Virus record (IMG/VR): IMGVR_UViG_3300022930_000003
From: a virus
Length of the DNA: 52,757 nt
Reading direction: 5' to 3' (one strand)
The position numbers and the translations under genes are program-made. This document shows, one piece after another, positions 1 through 8,084 of the stretch; within the stretch, counting starts at the first letter, position 1, and every line of letters starts with the position of its first letter. The notes beneath the pieces are model-generated. The model was not told the DNA's origin, did not search any database, and was given only the letters and a program-made list of their open reading frames with translations.

Positions 1-127
1 GCGGAACATTCAAGCCATAGCGAGTCATGATGCCAGAACCAAACGATCCAAAGCCTAGCAAAGCTAGCTGATCGTCATAGATGTTCGTGCGCGTAGCCGA
101 GGTGCCAGACGTTTCATACGTGCGCAT
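1..127. repeat. Terminal direct repeat, copy A (identical to 52631..52757)
   Basis: Read directly: nt 1-127 (gcggaacattcaagcc...catacgtgcgcat) recur base-for-base as the last 127 nt of the window, so the unit genome is 52,630 bp. Confidence 0.95.
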
Positions 128-367
128 GAGGTCGCCTTCGCGCTCACTTTTGAGCACTTGCGTGCCAGTTTCGCCACTTGTAGATTGCGCTTGTACGAAC
201 AGAATGCTGGCCGCCTTTAGGGCAAGCGCCAATGGCTGGCTTTCTACGGGGTAGGCGTCCACATTGATGTAGAGACGCGCCAGAGTGATGGCGAATTCCA
301 CATCAGCATCCGGAAGCGCGGAAAACTGCGGCGCGACAAAGCGGAAAATCTCAAGCGGCGTCGCCAT
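1..367 (-). CDS. Head-tail connector/adaptor (DUF4054-like), 5' part of a junction-spanning gene
   Basis: ATG at 367-365 overlaps the TAA of the upstream ORF (TAATG). I translated MATPLEIFRFVAPQFSALPDADVEFAITLARLYINVDAYPVESQPLALALKAASILFVQAQ...SEREGDLMRTYE. The frame stays open to nt 1 and continues at 52630 to TAG 52598-52596, giving 133 aa. It is absent from the ORF track because it runs off the window edge. Confidence 0.6.
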   Translation of the reverse strand, partial: MATPLEIFRFVAPQFSALPDADVEFAITLARLYINVDAYPVESQPLALALKAASILFVQAQSTSGETGTQVLKSEREGDLMRTYETSGTSATRTNIYDDQLALLGFGSFGSGIMTRYGLNVP

Positions 368-549
368 TATTCGGCCTTCTCATCCTTGGCAGTGCGGGCC
401 TTAGCTTTGACTACTTCCAGTTCATCGTTGCCCTTGATGTCAGCTTCGGAACATGCCACTTCAACGGCTTCCGCGCCAGGGATCAACTGTACGCCTGCGA
501 CGGTCCAAAGACGGCTTCCGGTGTTCTTAATCAGCATGTCAAACTCCAT
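367..549 (-). CDS. Small hypothetical protein (60 aa)
   Basis: ORF 367..576. The internal ATG at 549 (MEFDMLIKNTG...) sits inside the conserved ...CAATTGATTTTAACTATG motif. It is translationally coupled to the adaptor gene. Confidence 0.5.
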   Translation of the reverse strand: MEFDMLIKNTGSRLWTVAGVQLIPGAEAVEVACSEADIKGNDELEVVKAKARTAKDEKAE

Positions 550-565
550 AGTTAAAATCAATTGG
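547..565 (-). promoter_or_regulatory. Intergenic CAATTG-core motif copy, with a TGTATAAT extended -10-like box just upstream on the minus strand
   Basis: The minus strand reads GATGTATAATTGATTTACCACCAATTGATTTTAACTATG, ending in the start codon of 367..549. Confidence 0.45.
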
Positions 566-620
566 TGGTAAATCAATTATACATCCATACTTGCGGTACA
601 CCATCACTAGGAGATATACC

Positions 621-914
621 ATGACAACCGCCTCTAGCATTGCCTACCAAGCTTGCAACCTGTTTGACAAAAACCCGAAAGAAATTGAAGGCTCTTTCAC
701 CATGTATTCGCACGATCGCTTTGCTTCTTTAATCATCGCCGGTATTGCCGAACAAATGATCAAAGACGGATGCGGTGAGGCGCAAATTAAGATGGTTCTC
801 GCATCCAAGTCCATTCGTTGGGGGCTTGATGCTCATGAGGATGAATTGATTCAGTGGGGTCAAAAGTTTGCCCGCGATTGCGGCTTTAAAGACGAATACA
901 AGGATGCAAAATGA
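621..914 (+). CDS. Hypothetical protein
   Basis: ORF 591..914. The ATG at 621 is preceded by AGGAGA. First gene of a plus-strand cassette. Confidence 0.6.
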   Translation: MTTASSIAYQACNLFDKNPKEIEGSFTMYSHDRFASLIIAGIAEQMIKDGCGEAQIKMVLASKSIRWGLDAHEDELIQWGQKFARDCGFKDEYKDAK

Positions 915-1123
915 TTGCCACGTACTCTGTAAATATGTATGACGGAAATTCAGGAACAAGTATCAAAATTTGTGAGGATGGGGACGGCCCTGGAATGTTA
1001 AGCGTAAAAGTAGATCAAGAACATTTCGGGGACATTGATTTCCACATGAATTTTAAAGACGCCAAAGACTTTGCCAATGGCATCCTTCGCGCTGTCGAAC
1101 TGATAGAGGAATCGCAGAAATGA
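911..1123 (+). CDS. Hypothetical protein
   Basis: 70-aa ORF, overlapping its neighbours by 4 nt on each side, which suggests coupled translation. Confidence 0.6.
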   Translation: MIATYSVNMYDGNSGTSIKICEDGDGPGMLSVKVDQEHFGDIDFHMNFKDAKDFANGILRAVELIEESQK

Positions 1124-1791
1124 GCGCAATTCAAGTACTCGACCACGGCACAATCCGATTGGTAGACCACATGGGCAATGATCTGTCCGTAGTTCGATCA
1201 GCAAGGGTCAGCTACGATGCCGAATGGCGCGCTGGCGACGATGCTGGCAAAGATGCGAAGCTTATCAACTACTTGATGAAGAATCGCCACACAAGCCCGT
1301 TTGAGTCGGTCACGTTCACCTTCGAAGTCAAAGCGCCGATTTTCGTTTTTCGCCAATGGCATCGCCATCGCACTTGGTCGTTCAATGAAATTTCGGCGCG
1401 CTATGCAGAATTGCCGGAGGAGTTTTATGTGCCAGATGTGAGCAAGATTACGGCGCAGTCTGTAGGGAATAAGCAGCAACGGACGGATGAACAGTTGCAA
1501 AGCGCTGTACTGATTCAGACCATCATAGGAAGCCATTGCGAAGATGCATTCACAGCGTATCGTGACTTATTGGCGTTTGGCTGCCCCCGCGAACTCGCGC
1601 GCGGAGTCCTGCCTGTGAACACATACAGCAAGATGTTCGCCACGGTCGATCTGCACAACCTGCTGGGCTTCATTCGACTGCGCGACCACAGCCATGCGCA
1701 GTATGAAATCCAAGTGTATGCCCAAGCCATGCTTGACTTGATCCGTCCAATTGTGCCGGTGTCTGTTGCGGCGTTTGAGGAGTTTAAATGA
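1120..1791 (+). CDS. thyX: FAD-dependent thymidylate synthase ThyX
   Basis: ThyX signature RHRxxSxxxxSxRY is present as QWHRHRTWSFNEISARY. The length (223 aa) and N-terminal VRLVDHMG... are typical of the family. Confidence 0.93.
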   Translation: MSAIQVLDHGTIRLVDHMGNDLSVVRSARVSYDAEWRAGDDAGKDAKLINYLMKNRHTSPFESVTFTFEVKAPIFVFRQWHRHRTWSFNEISARYAELPEEFYVPDVSKITAQSVGNKQQRTDEQLQSAVLIQTIIGSHCEDAFTAYRDLLAFGCPRELARGVLPVNTYSKMFATVDLHNLLGFIRLRDHSHAQYEIQVYAQAMLDLIRPIVPVSVAAFEEFK

Positions 1792-2018
1792 AAAATATTG
1801 ACTGGTTTGGCGTGTTTTTATTTGGTGCCACTGCGCTTTCTGTGCTAATGGTGCTAGGTCTTTTTTTTAGCCTTTTTTATATAAACAAAAACGCCGCCAA
1901 GTACATTCCAATTCACAATTGCGTTATTGTCAGCTATGCAGGAGAGGATGCAGAGCCAATCTACCAATGCGACACAGGCTTAAAACGTAAGCGCGATATG
2001 CTTGAGGAAAAAAAATGA
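1788..2018 (+). CDS. Small membrane protein
   Basis: Hydrophobic N-terminal segment WFGVFLFGATALSVLMVLGLFFSLFYI. Start overlaps the thyX stop. Confidence 0.6.
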   Translation: MKNIDWFGVFLFGATALSVLMVLGLFFSLFYINKNAAKYIPIHNCVIVSYAGEDAEPIYQCDTGLKRKRDMLEEKK

Positions 2019-2218
2019 ACAAATACATTGCATTAATCATTGCAATTCTATTGATTGGCTGTGATCGCCCTAGAACCGGGGAGCACTCAGAGCTTGCGAC
2101 TGATCCGGGTTTGTATAAAGATAGAGAAACGGGTTGCGAATACCTTGCCCGTGGAAACCAATACGGAGGATTAACACCTCGCATGGATTCTGACGGAAAG
2201 CATATTTGTCGTAAATAA
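2015..2218 (+). CDS. Putative lipoprotein
   Basis: Signal peptide plus lipobox: MNKYIALIIAILLIGC (L-I-G-C). Confidence 0.65.
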   Translation: MNKYIALIIAILLIGCDRPRTGEHSELATDPGLYKDRETGCEYLARGNQYGGLTPRMDSDGKHICRK

Positions 2219-2245
2219 AAAAAGGGGCCATCACTGGCCCCTTTC
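2217..2245. terminator. Bidirectional intrinsic terminator
   Basis: aaaaaaaGGGGCCAtcacTGGCCCCttt lies between the convergent genes 2015..2218(+) and 2280..3254(-). Confidence 0.75.
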
Positions 2246-2279
2246 CGCATCCAAGGATGCTATCCCCATCACGAGATTC

Positions 2280-3254
2280 TTAAATGCCAGATGCAATCGC
2301 AAAAGCCATTGGACGTTCGATTGTCACGCCACCAAAGCGAGTCTCGCAAGGCACAATGAAGTACAGATTGCGCGACTGTGGCGAGTGCTGAGTAAATGGC
2401 ATCGGGATATTCATCTGGTAGTTTTCCGAGCTATTTTCAGCAGCAACCATGATGTCCGTACCACCTGGACCTGCACCAGTCAATTCCAGAACTGGGACAA
2501 CACGCTTGATAAACGGGTTGTTGGACAAGAAGAATTGCAGAATCGTGGTTGGGTCTTGTGCACCCGAGCGCTGCGAGTTGATCAGCGCGTACTGTGCCAG
2601 AGGCATCCAAATTTCATCAGGGCGATGAGTGCCATTGGTACTGGTGTAGACAGAATTCGCAATGCCATTCAAGTCACGGATGATTTGATCAGCAGTCTTG
2701 GTCGAAAAAGTCTTGGTGGCGCCAGTGCCGTCAGCAGGAACGACATAACCCGGAATATTTGCATTGGTCAGGAAGCCAGGCAGACCCGAAGCCGCATCGC
2801 CAGTCCATGCAAACCGGTTGATGGTTTGATCGCTGCTTTTGCGTGCAGCGACAGCAAGCTTGGAATCAAGCGGTACACCAGCCATTTGCGCATAGCGAAT
2901 CTCCTGCACATCGTAGCGATAGCTATTGCCGATGCTCTTGATAGGCGTGGTCGTTTCCAGCGCAGAAATGCTGGAAGTTGGCAGATCATCAGCGTATGCG
3001 GCGATGATTTTTGCCGAACCAACCGAATCCCATTGACGCCAAGTGATAGTTTTAGCACCAGATGGAATCGAAGTATCAATTGGGAAAAGTTCCCACGCGG
3101 TCAGCCTTGGACGCTCAACGTCATAAGTCTTTGCACGAATGAATTCCAATTGCCGAGCAAAGAAGATCGACTCGCCAGCATCGGCGCGCAGCATGCCGGT
3201 GTTTTCGATGACGCGCAGGTCTTGTGCATCGTAGTACATAGTTTCGTCACTCAT
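2280..3254 (-). CDS. Major capsid protein (DUF2184-like)
   Basis: 324 aa. It sits directly downstream of the scaffold and cement-like genes. The sequence (FARQLEFIRAKTYDVE..., ...YQMNIPMPF...) resembles the DUF2184 capsid family by eye. Confidence 0.78.
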   Translation of the reverse strand: MSDETMYYDAQDLRVIENTGMLRADAGESIFFARQLEFIRAKTYDVERPRLTAWELFPIDTSIPSGAKTITWRQWDSVGSAKIIAAYADDLPTSSISALETTTPIKSIGNSYRYDVQEIRYAQMAGVPLDSKLAVAARKSSDQTINRFAWTGDAASGLPGFLTNANIPGYVVPADGTGATKTFSTKTADQIIRDLNGIANSVYTSTNGTHRPDEIWMPLAQYALINSQRSGAQDPTTILQFFLSNNPFIKRVVPVLELTGAGPGGTDIMVAAENSSENYQMNIPMPFTQHSPQSRNLYFIVPCETRFGGVTIERPMAFAIASGI

Positions 3255-3736
3255 TAGTCAATCTCCACCACTGCGAGGCCCGATGCGGTCGTGCCGGTAA
3301 TAAACGTTGCGCGGAATTGAGTAAATGCCTCAATACCTGCTGCAACGGCTTCATCTGTCACCAAGCCGGACGACAGTTTAAGGTTTGCGACAGCGCCAGC
3401 TACAACGGCATCATCGGTCATCATCCAGATACGACCACGCTTAAACACGGAAACCGAATCAGTTGCCGAGTACGCCGATACAGCACCAAGCGATGGATAC
3501 ACTTGCTCAGCAAACATACTTGCGGCAGCAATGCCAACTGCCAATGCAGCTTGGCCTGCGCCAGTGCCTACGGCCAGGACTTGTCGCTCTTTATTGGTGC
3601 CAAGCTTCACAGCAGCGCCAAAGGGAATTGTGCCTTCCGCCAGATAAGACATAGTGTCACCAAAGCCACTATCGTAAATCAGGCCGGTATAGCCCAAAGG
3701 CTGATACTGACCAAACGTGCTTTGTGGAATAGGCAT
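3254..3736 (-). CDS. Putative head decoration/cement protein
   Basis: 160-aa Ala/Gly-rich ORF between the scaffold and capsid genes, with 1-nt overlaps on both sides. Confidence 0.45.
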   Translation of the reverse strand: MPIPQSTFGQYQPLGYTGLIYDSGFGDTMSYLAEGTIPFGAAVKLGTNKERQVLAVGTGAGQAALAVGIAAASMFAEQVYPSLGAVSAYSATDSVSVFKRGRIWMMTDDAVVAGAVANLKLSSGLVTDEAVAAGIEAFTQFRATFITGTTASGLAVVEID

Positions 3737-4779
3737 TATTTTTTCTCCTTCATGCGTGCAATCATTTCATCGCGTTTCGATGCACTGGTAATTGGTGCTG
3801 CGCCATCAGTACGGGTATTGACTGCCGCACGCTGCGATGCCATGTTTTGAACGGGAGCCACTTCCACCGCCATATCGAAAGCAGCATCGACATAAACATC
3901 GGACTTATCGGTCAGATCGGCGTCTTTGCGAACCGACTTGATAACTAGCTCCTTAACTTCGCGGTCGGTTTTATCCTTTGCGTCCACCTTGAACTTGGTA
4001 GCGGTTGCTTCCAGGGTCAGGCGATTCAGAGCATCAATGCGGCCTTGTTCTTTTGCAGCAGCCAGGGCATCGGCTTGCGCGTCAACTTTAGCTTGCAGTA
4101 CATCCTTGGCAGCGATAGCGGCATCGAGTTTGGTTTTGGCGTCGGATACGTCAACCCGGAGCTTGTCTAGCTCGCGGGAGACTTCCGGAGCCGCATCATA
4201 CTCAAGGCCGTCAAGTTTTACTTTTACGGTCATGGTTTGTTGCTCCTGCTGGTTGAAAAAAGGGTCTTCGTCACTGTCCATATTCAGGCGCGCAACCGGT
4301 CCGGCGCGTCCCTTTTTTACAACAGACAGGTGGTTAATTCGGATGTTGCGCTGAATCGCGTCATAGCGGCCAAATACCGGATGCTCGCCCGGCGTCTCGT
4401 CCAAGTGCGCACTATAACCTAGTGATAGCTCACGCCTATCGCCAATAGCGTCAGGCGAATGAATGGTGATGTCGGTCCGGACATTATCGCCGTCTTGAGT
4501 GCCCGCGCTAAGGATAGTTCCAATGGTCACGCGGTGCGCGCTCTTGGCGTCTACACGGCCACTGGCAGGGTGATCGACGGTGATTGCCTTCCCTCGCATG
4601 GATGCGAGCGCATCGGCGTGGAAAACCTCTTCTGGCAGGCGCAATTCACGCTGAATCTTTCCGTCTGCGCGGCGGTACTCCTGAATGCCAACACGCGCCA
4701 CGATGGGCGAATCAACCAAGAACCCTTCATCGGTCTTGGTCGCCTGGAAATCGCTGTAGTCGTATCGGGTAACGTTCAT
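3736..4779 (-). CDS. Scaffold/prohead protease-like protein (DUF2213-like)
   Basis: N-terminal domain (MNVTRYDYSDF...VARVGIQEYR...) followed by a long Ala/Lys/Asp coiled-coil C-terminus. I prefer the start at ATG 4779 over the track start at 4824. Confidence 0.7.
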   Translation of the reverse strand: MNVTRYDYSDFQATKTDEGFLVDSPIVARVGIQEYRRADGKIQRELRLPEEVFHADALASMRGKAITVDHPASGRVDAKSAHRVTIGTILSAGTQDGDNVRTDITIHSPDAIGDRRELSLGYSAHLDETPGEHPVFGRYDAIQRNIRINHLSVVKKGRAGPVARLNMDSDEDPFFNQQEQQTMTVKVKLDGLEYDAAPEVSRELDKLRVDVSDAKTKLDAAIAAKDVLQAKVDAQADALAAAKEQGRIDALNRLTLEATATKFKVDAKDKTDREVKELVIKSVRKDADLTDKSDVYVDAAFDMAVEVAPVQNMASQRAAVNTRTDGAAPITSASKRDEMIARMKEKK

Positions 4780-4809
4780 GTAGCTATTGTATATCAGAAT
4801 CAAAATAGC

Positions 4810-4829
4810 GATAGAAAAAATCAATTGGC
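4810..4829 (-). promoter_or_regulatory. Intergenic CAATTG-core motif copy upstream of the scaffold gene
   Basis: The minus strand reads GCCAATTGATTTTTTCTATC..., about 30 nt upstream of ATG 4779. Confidence 0.4.
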
Positions 4830-4884
4830 TAGAAGTTCGGCAAAGAAATATGATTTGGATACACCATCACGAAGGGGGATTGAA

Positions 4885-5145
4885 ATGTCTTTAAGCCACA
4901 TCAATGAAATGGCATACGTAAAAGCAGCAATTAAAAAGCTAGGCGATGTCCCGGAAAACTTTTTTATCTACAAACTTGCATGGATTGGGGAGGGAAATGC
5001 GGCAGTCATGCAGTTAACCGGCGCAGTATTTAGAGAGGCGAAAAAAGGGAAAAATAAAGGCGAAATGTGCATCGTAATCAAAGGGTCTGAGAAAGTTACC
5101 CATATGACTCATGAGGAAATTGATAGCGCGGAGGGACGGAAATGA
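4885..5145 (+). CDS. Hypothetical protein
   Basis: ATG at 4885 after GAAGGGGGAT. The upstream part of track ORF 4459..5145 is antisense to the scaffold gene. Confidence 0.55.
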   Translation: MSLSHINEMAYVKAAIKKLGDVPENFFIYKLAWIGEGNAAVMQLTGAVFREAKKGKNKGEMCIVIKGSEKVTHMTHEEIDSAEGRK

Positions 5146-5246
5146 TCCCCCGCCGCAAACTCTTAATCGCTTTCGCCATCGCAGTAGGAATTGAAATCAT
5201 CATCGTTGGCGTAACCACCTACGTAATTCACAAAATCGGATAAATA

Positions 5247-5510
5247 ATGCACATCACACTTAAAAAGAATGGCCTTCGTCGCGAAGTCAAATCGGGATTC
5301 TCTTGGACTACTTTGTTTTTCGGAGCATGGGTTCCACTGTTGCGCGGCATGTGGGTTCAACTCTTCATCATGTTTGCAACGCTCGGCTTCGCCTACTTCT
5401 ATTACATCTTCACTATCAATCGCATCTATGCGCGCAAGTTGATCGAGGATGGTTGGCAAGTTTCTGACGATGATTTGACTATGGCCCAAGTGGCGTGGGG
5501 GATGGTATGA
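5247..5510 (+). CDS. DUF2628-like small membrane protein
   Basis: KSGFSWTTLFFGAWVPLLRGMW motif and two hydrophobic segments. Confidence 0.6.
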   Translation: MHITLKKNGLRREVKSGFSWTTLFFGAWVPLLRGMWVQLFIMFATLGFAYFYYIFTINRIYARKLIEDGWQVSDDDLTMAQVAWGMV

Positions 5511-6337
5511 ATAACATTATTAATGAAGCAATTGCATTTAGAAAAGATGCAATAAAATATGGAAAAATTGAATACGCCATGAGCATTCAAAGTGATTTGC
5601 TTGAACTTGGAATTATCCTTGATGATCGTCCGGACGGATCAACAGGTTGGATTAAGTCGAGCGCGGCAAGGGATGCGGCGCTGGAAGAGGCGGCGGGTCT
5701 GTGTGATGAAGAGGCGCGCGACTACCCCGGCCCCGCGCCGCGCCGACTTGCCACCGCCATTCTCGCCCTCAAGTCCATCGCCGCGCCTGTGGCGAGCTGC
5801 GCTGAGAAGCCAGCTGGTATTAGCTGGCTGGAAAACGTATTTCATGGCGATCCGCCATTGCCGCATGCGTCTTGGAACGACTGGATGGCCGAGGCCACGC
5901 AGTCACGCGTCATCAGTGGCGTCACCATCAGGCAGGTGAGCATATCCGACTACAGCGCCAAAGCTCCCGCCCTGGTGCAGCAGGCAGCGCCGAGCGATGC
6001 AGCAGATAAGTGGCGCACACTTGCGCTGCAATACGATGGGCATCGCATGCAGGCTTTGGCTCACCTGAAATGCATGGTTGAAAACCCAGCAACGCATCGC
6101 AGTATAGCGGCTCAATTTTTGCGTGCCGCGCCCGCCCAGCCGGCCGGCCTGAGCGAGCAGGACAAGCTCGATGCGGCGCGGTATCGCTGGCTGCGCGCCA
6201 ATCACGAAACCTACGTGCCGGACGGCGATCTCCCAGCGCTGTGGGAGCACAAAAAGCGCAACGACTACGGCATGAAGTCGTTCGTCGCGCTCGACTCCGC
6301 CATTGACGCCATTCTCGCAGCCAAGGCCGCGCCATGA
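5507..6337 (+). CDS. Hypothetical protein with a very GC-rich body
   Basis: ATGA overlap with the upstream stop. AT-rich N-terminus, then a GC-rich remainder. DAARYRWLRAN motif near the C-terminus. Confidence 0.6.
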   Translation: MNNIINEAIAFRKDAIKYGKIEYAMSIQSDLLELGIILDDRPDGSTGWIKSSAARDAALEEAAGLCDEEARDYPGPAPRRLATAILALKSIAAPVASCAEKPAGISWLENVFHGDPPLPHASWNDWMAEATQSRVISGVTIRQVSISDYSAKAPALVQQAAPSDAADKWRTLALQYDGHRMQALAHLKCMVENPATHRSIAAQFLRAAPAQPAGLSEQDKLDAARYRWLRANHETYVPDGDLPALWEHKKRNDYGMKSFVALDSAIDAILAAKAAP

Positions 6338-6522
6338 CTACCAAACTACAATGGCGCAAACCAATCGAATCAGACAAGGCGCGCAAATGCCGAGCACGTA
6401 ATAAATTTGAAAAGAAGACGTATTTCGTCGAATGGAATCAAGAATATCAAGTTTGGGCAATTTTCGGAAAACCACATATTTTGGTTCGAGTTGATGAAAT
6501 TTTTGCGGAGCGTGCCAAATGA
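6334..6522 (+). CDS. Hypothetical protein
   Basis: 62-aa ORF coupled to both neighbours by 4-nt overlaps. Confidence 0.5.
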   Translation: MTTKLQWRKPIESDKARKCRARNKFEKKTYFVEWNQEYQVWAIFGKPHILVRVDEIFAERAK

Positions 6523-6815
6523 TCTTCCTAGACCCCATCATGATCGCCTGTCTAATTGGCTTCATTATTTGCGTAAGAATTACGGGTCAAGACATGATCC
6601 GCTTTGTTATGGCTGCATTTCGCATCGCATATCTTCCGAAGCTTGGCGTAAATTATTACTACTCCATGAGTGGTCCATTTGGTGATGTGCTGACGCCTAC
6701 CAAAATCATCAACGGCTATGTCGAGTACGACGTAAGGTATGCGGATGGCAACAAGGCCAAATCATCGGCAACCTTCTACACTTGGGCATTCATGTGCAAG
6801 GAGATTAAAGAATGA
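6519..6815 (+). CDS. Small membrane protein
   Basis: N-terminal hydrophobic segment IFLDPIMIACLIGFIICV. Confidence 0.55.
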   Translation: MIFLDPIMIACLIGFIICVRITGQDMIRFVMAAFRIAYLPKLGVNYYYSMSGPFGDVLTPTKIINGYVEYDVRYADGNKAKSSATFYTWAFMCKEIKE

Positions 6816-6963
6816 AAACGCGCCACATCTTGTTTGCACTAATCGGAATTTAACTTTTCTCCATCATGATCGGATCAGCCATGTACCAATCAGAACTCTA
6901 TGAACTCAGGGGCGCGCATTGCACGCCGATCAATCAATCTTATGTTTGTATCCAGGGTGCGAA

Positions 6964-7329
6964 ATGAAAAAGCTAACAGCCGACAAAATTGATAGCCTTT
7001 GGTCGAAGACAAAGGAGCGCTCTGAATTTATGCAGAACATCTTGATCGAGGTTGAGGAAATGGCGGAGTTTGGTCCTACCTGTGCAAAGATCGTCAGCCA
7101 GGATATCGGCATCACAATTGAGGATGCGGAAAGCTGCATTCGTCGGTTGGTGATTAGTGGTGCATTGCAAAAATGCAAAAATAAAATGAGGATTGGAGGT
7201 GAAATGCAAACGATGTATCAGATTCCTAGCAATGAACCAAGGCAAGCAAAATTGATTGAAGACACGCCACCGCAACGAGATTGGCTCGTGGCTGCATTTT
7301 TTGGAGAGACAGCATGCGCTACACCTTGA
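6964..7329 (+). CDS. Hypothetical protein
   Basis: I prefer the ATG at 6964 (MKKLTADK...). Last sizeable gene of this plus-strand cassette. Confidence 0.55.
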   Translation: MKKLTADKIDSLWSKTKERSEFMQNILIEVEEMAEFGPTCAKIVSQDIGITIEDAESCIRRLVISGALQKCKNKMRIGGEMQTMYQIPSNEPRQAKLIEDTPPQRDWLVAAFFGETACATP

Positions 7330-7393
7330 TCCAATGCCCCCAATGTGGTGGCGCACACTCCCTAAGTCATTGCCCAAGATGGCGTTGTTAAAA

Positions 7394-7419
7394 AAATAGG
7401 CCCATAATAGGGCCTATTT
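7394..7419. terminator. Bidirectional hairpin terminator
   Basis: AAATAGGCCCataataGGGCCTATTT, a 10-bp stem. Confidence 0.75.
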
Positions 7420-7438
7420 AACGTTTCGGAGGATCAAA

Positions 7439-7612
7439 ATGCAATACGAATCAAGGTTTGCCATCGGCGATTACGCAATTATGGAGCAAGGTCGCGTAAT
7501 CATTTTTGCTGTGACGTTCACCGTATCAAAAGTTACTTACCAAGTGATGAATATTGAGGGAAGCATGATGCACAATATTCCTTCTGAGTGGCTTACTCCT
7601 ATCGAATCTTAG
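7439..7612 (+). CDS. Possible 57-aa ORF
   Basis: GGAGGATCAAA precedes ATG 7439 (MQYESRFAIGDYAIMEQGRVIIF...). It is below the track cutoff and overlaps the 3' end of 7599..8081 by 14 nt. Confidence 0.3.
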   Translation: MQYESRFAIGDYAIMEQGRVIIFAVTFTVSKVTYQVMNIEGSMMHNIPSEWLTPIES

Positions 7613-8081
7613 CATCAACGGCGCTGATCATTGCGCCGGTCCAGTTCAATGGATCATTTCTTAATTTGTACTTAATAGTACGTGGCGAGTTAGGTGGATC
7701 GCTCCACCCGATCATTTTTTGTTGTTGATAAACAGCGTGTTTTTTACCAACAATTAACATCTCTTCCAAAAAGAATCCGGTTGTCAATCCACGTGTAAAA
7801 GCTTTTTGGATGTTCGTCCATATATTTGCCCTGTTGTCATCGAATGACTCAGCGGTAAATGGCCTAGATGGAATGATAATTGGCGCTCCATCCAAAAACA
7901 TCCTCTTTGCTCCGAACTCTTGGATTGCGCCAATTTGGGCATATGTCAGATGGTCCCTGTTATTTTCGCCAGGGTGAATTCCCAATGATGCATGCAAACC
8001 AATTGTTACTGACTTGCCGTTCAATGCTTTGAGTCCTTTGATTATTTTTAAATAACCATGATCACGTATTACAACAGTCAT
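7599..8081 (-). CDS. Putative virion morphogenesis/neck protein
   Basis: Follows the Mu F-like gene. The C-terminal ...WSDPPNSPRTIKYKLRNDPLNWTGAM... resembles morphogenesis-protein motifs of the Mu G / HK97 gp10 type. Confidence 0.45.
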   Translation of the reverse strand: MTVVIRDHGYLKIIKGLKALNGKSVTIGLHASLGIHPGENNRDHLTYAQIGAIQEFGAKRMFLDGAPIIIPSRPFTAESFDDNRANIWTNIQKAFTRGLTTGFFLEEMLIVGKKHAVYQQQKMIGWSDPPNSPRTIKYKLRNDPLNWTGAMISAVDAKIR

Positions 8082-8084
8082 TAA

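Noticed and set aside
2385-3257. 290-aa plus-strand ORF
   Set aside because: It is antisense to the major capsid gene. The capsid frame has clear family resemblance and operon context.
4459-4884. N-terminal 142 codons of track ORF 4459..5145
   Set aside because: This part overlaps the scaffold gene on the opposite strand. A good RBS and ATG at 4885 define the real short gene.
5163-5489. 108-aa minus-strand ORF
   Set aside because: It is antisense to the DUF2628-like gene, which has a recognisable motif and fits the plus-strand cassette.
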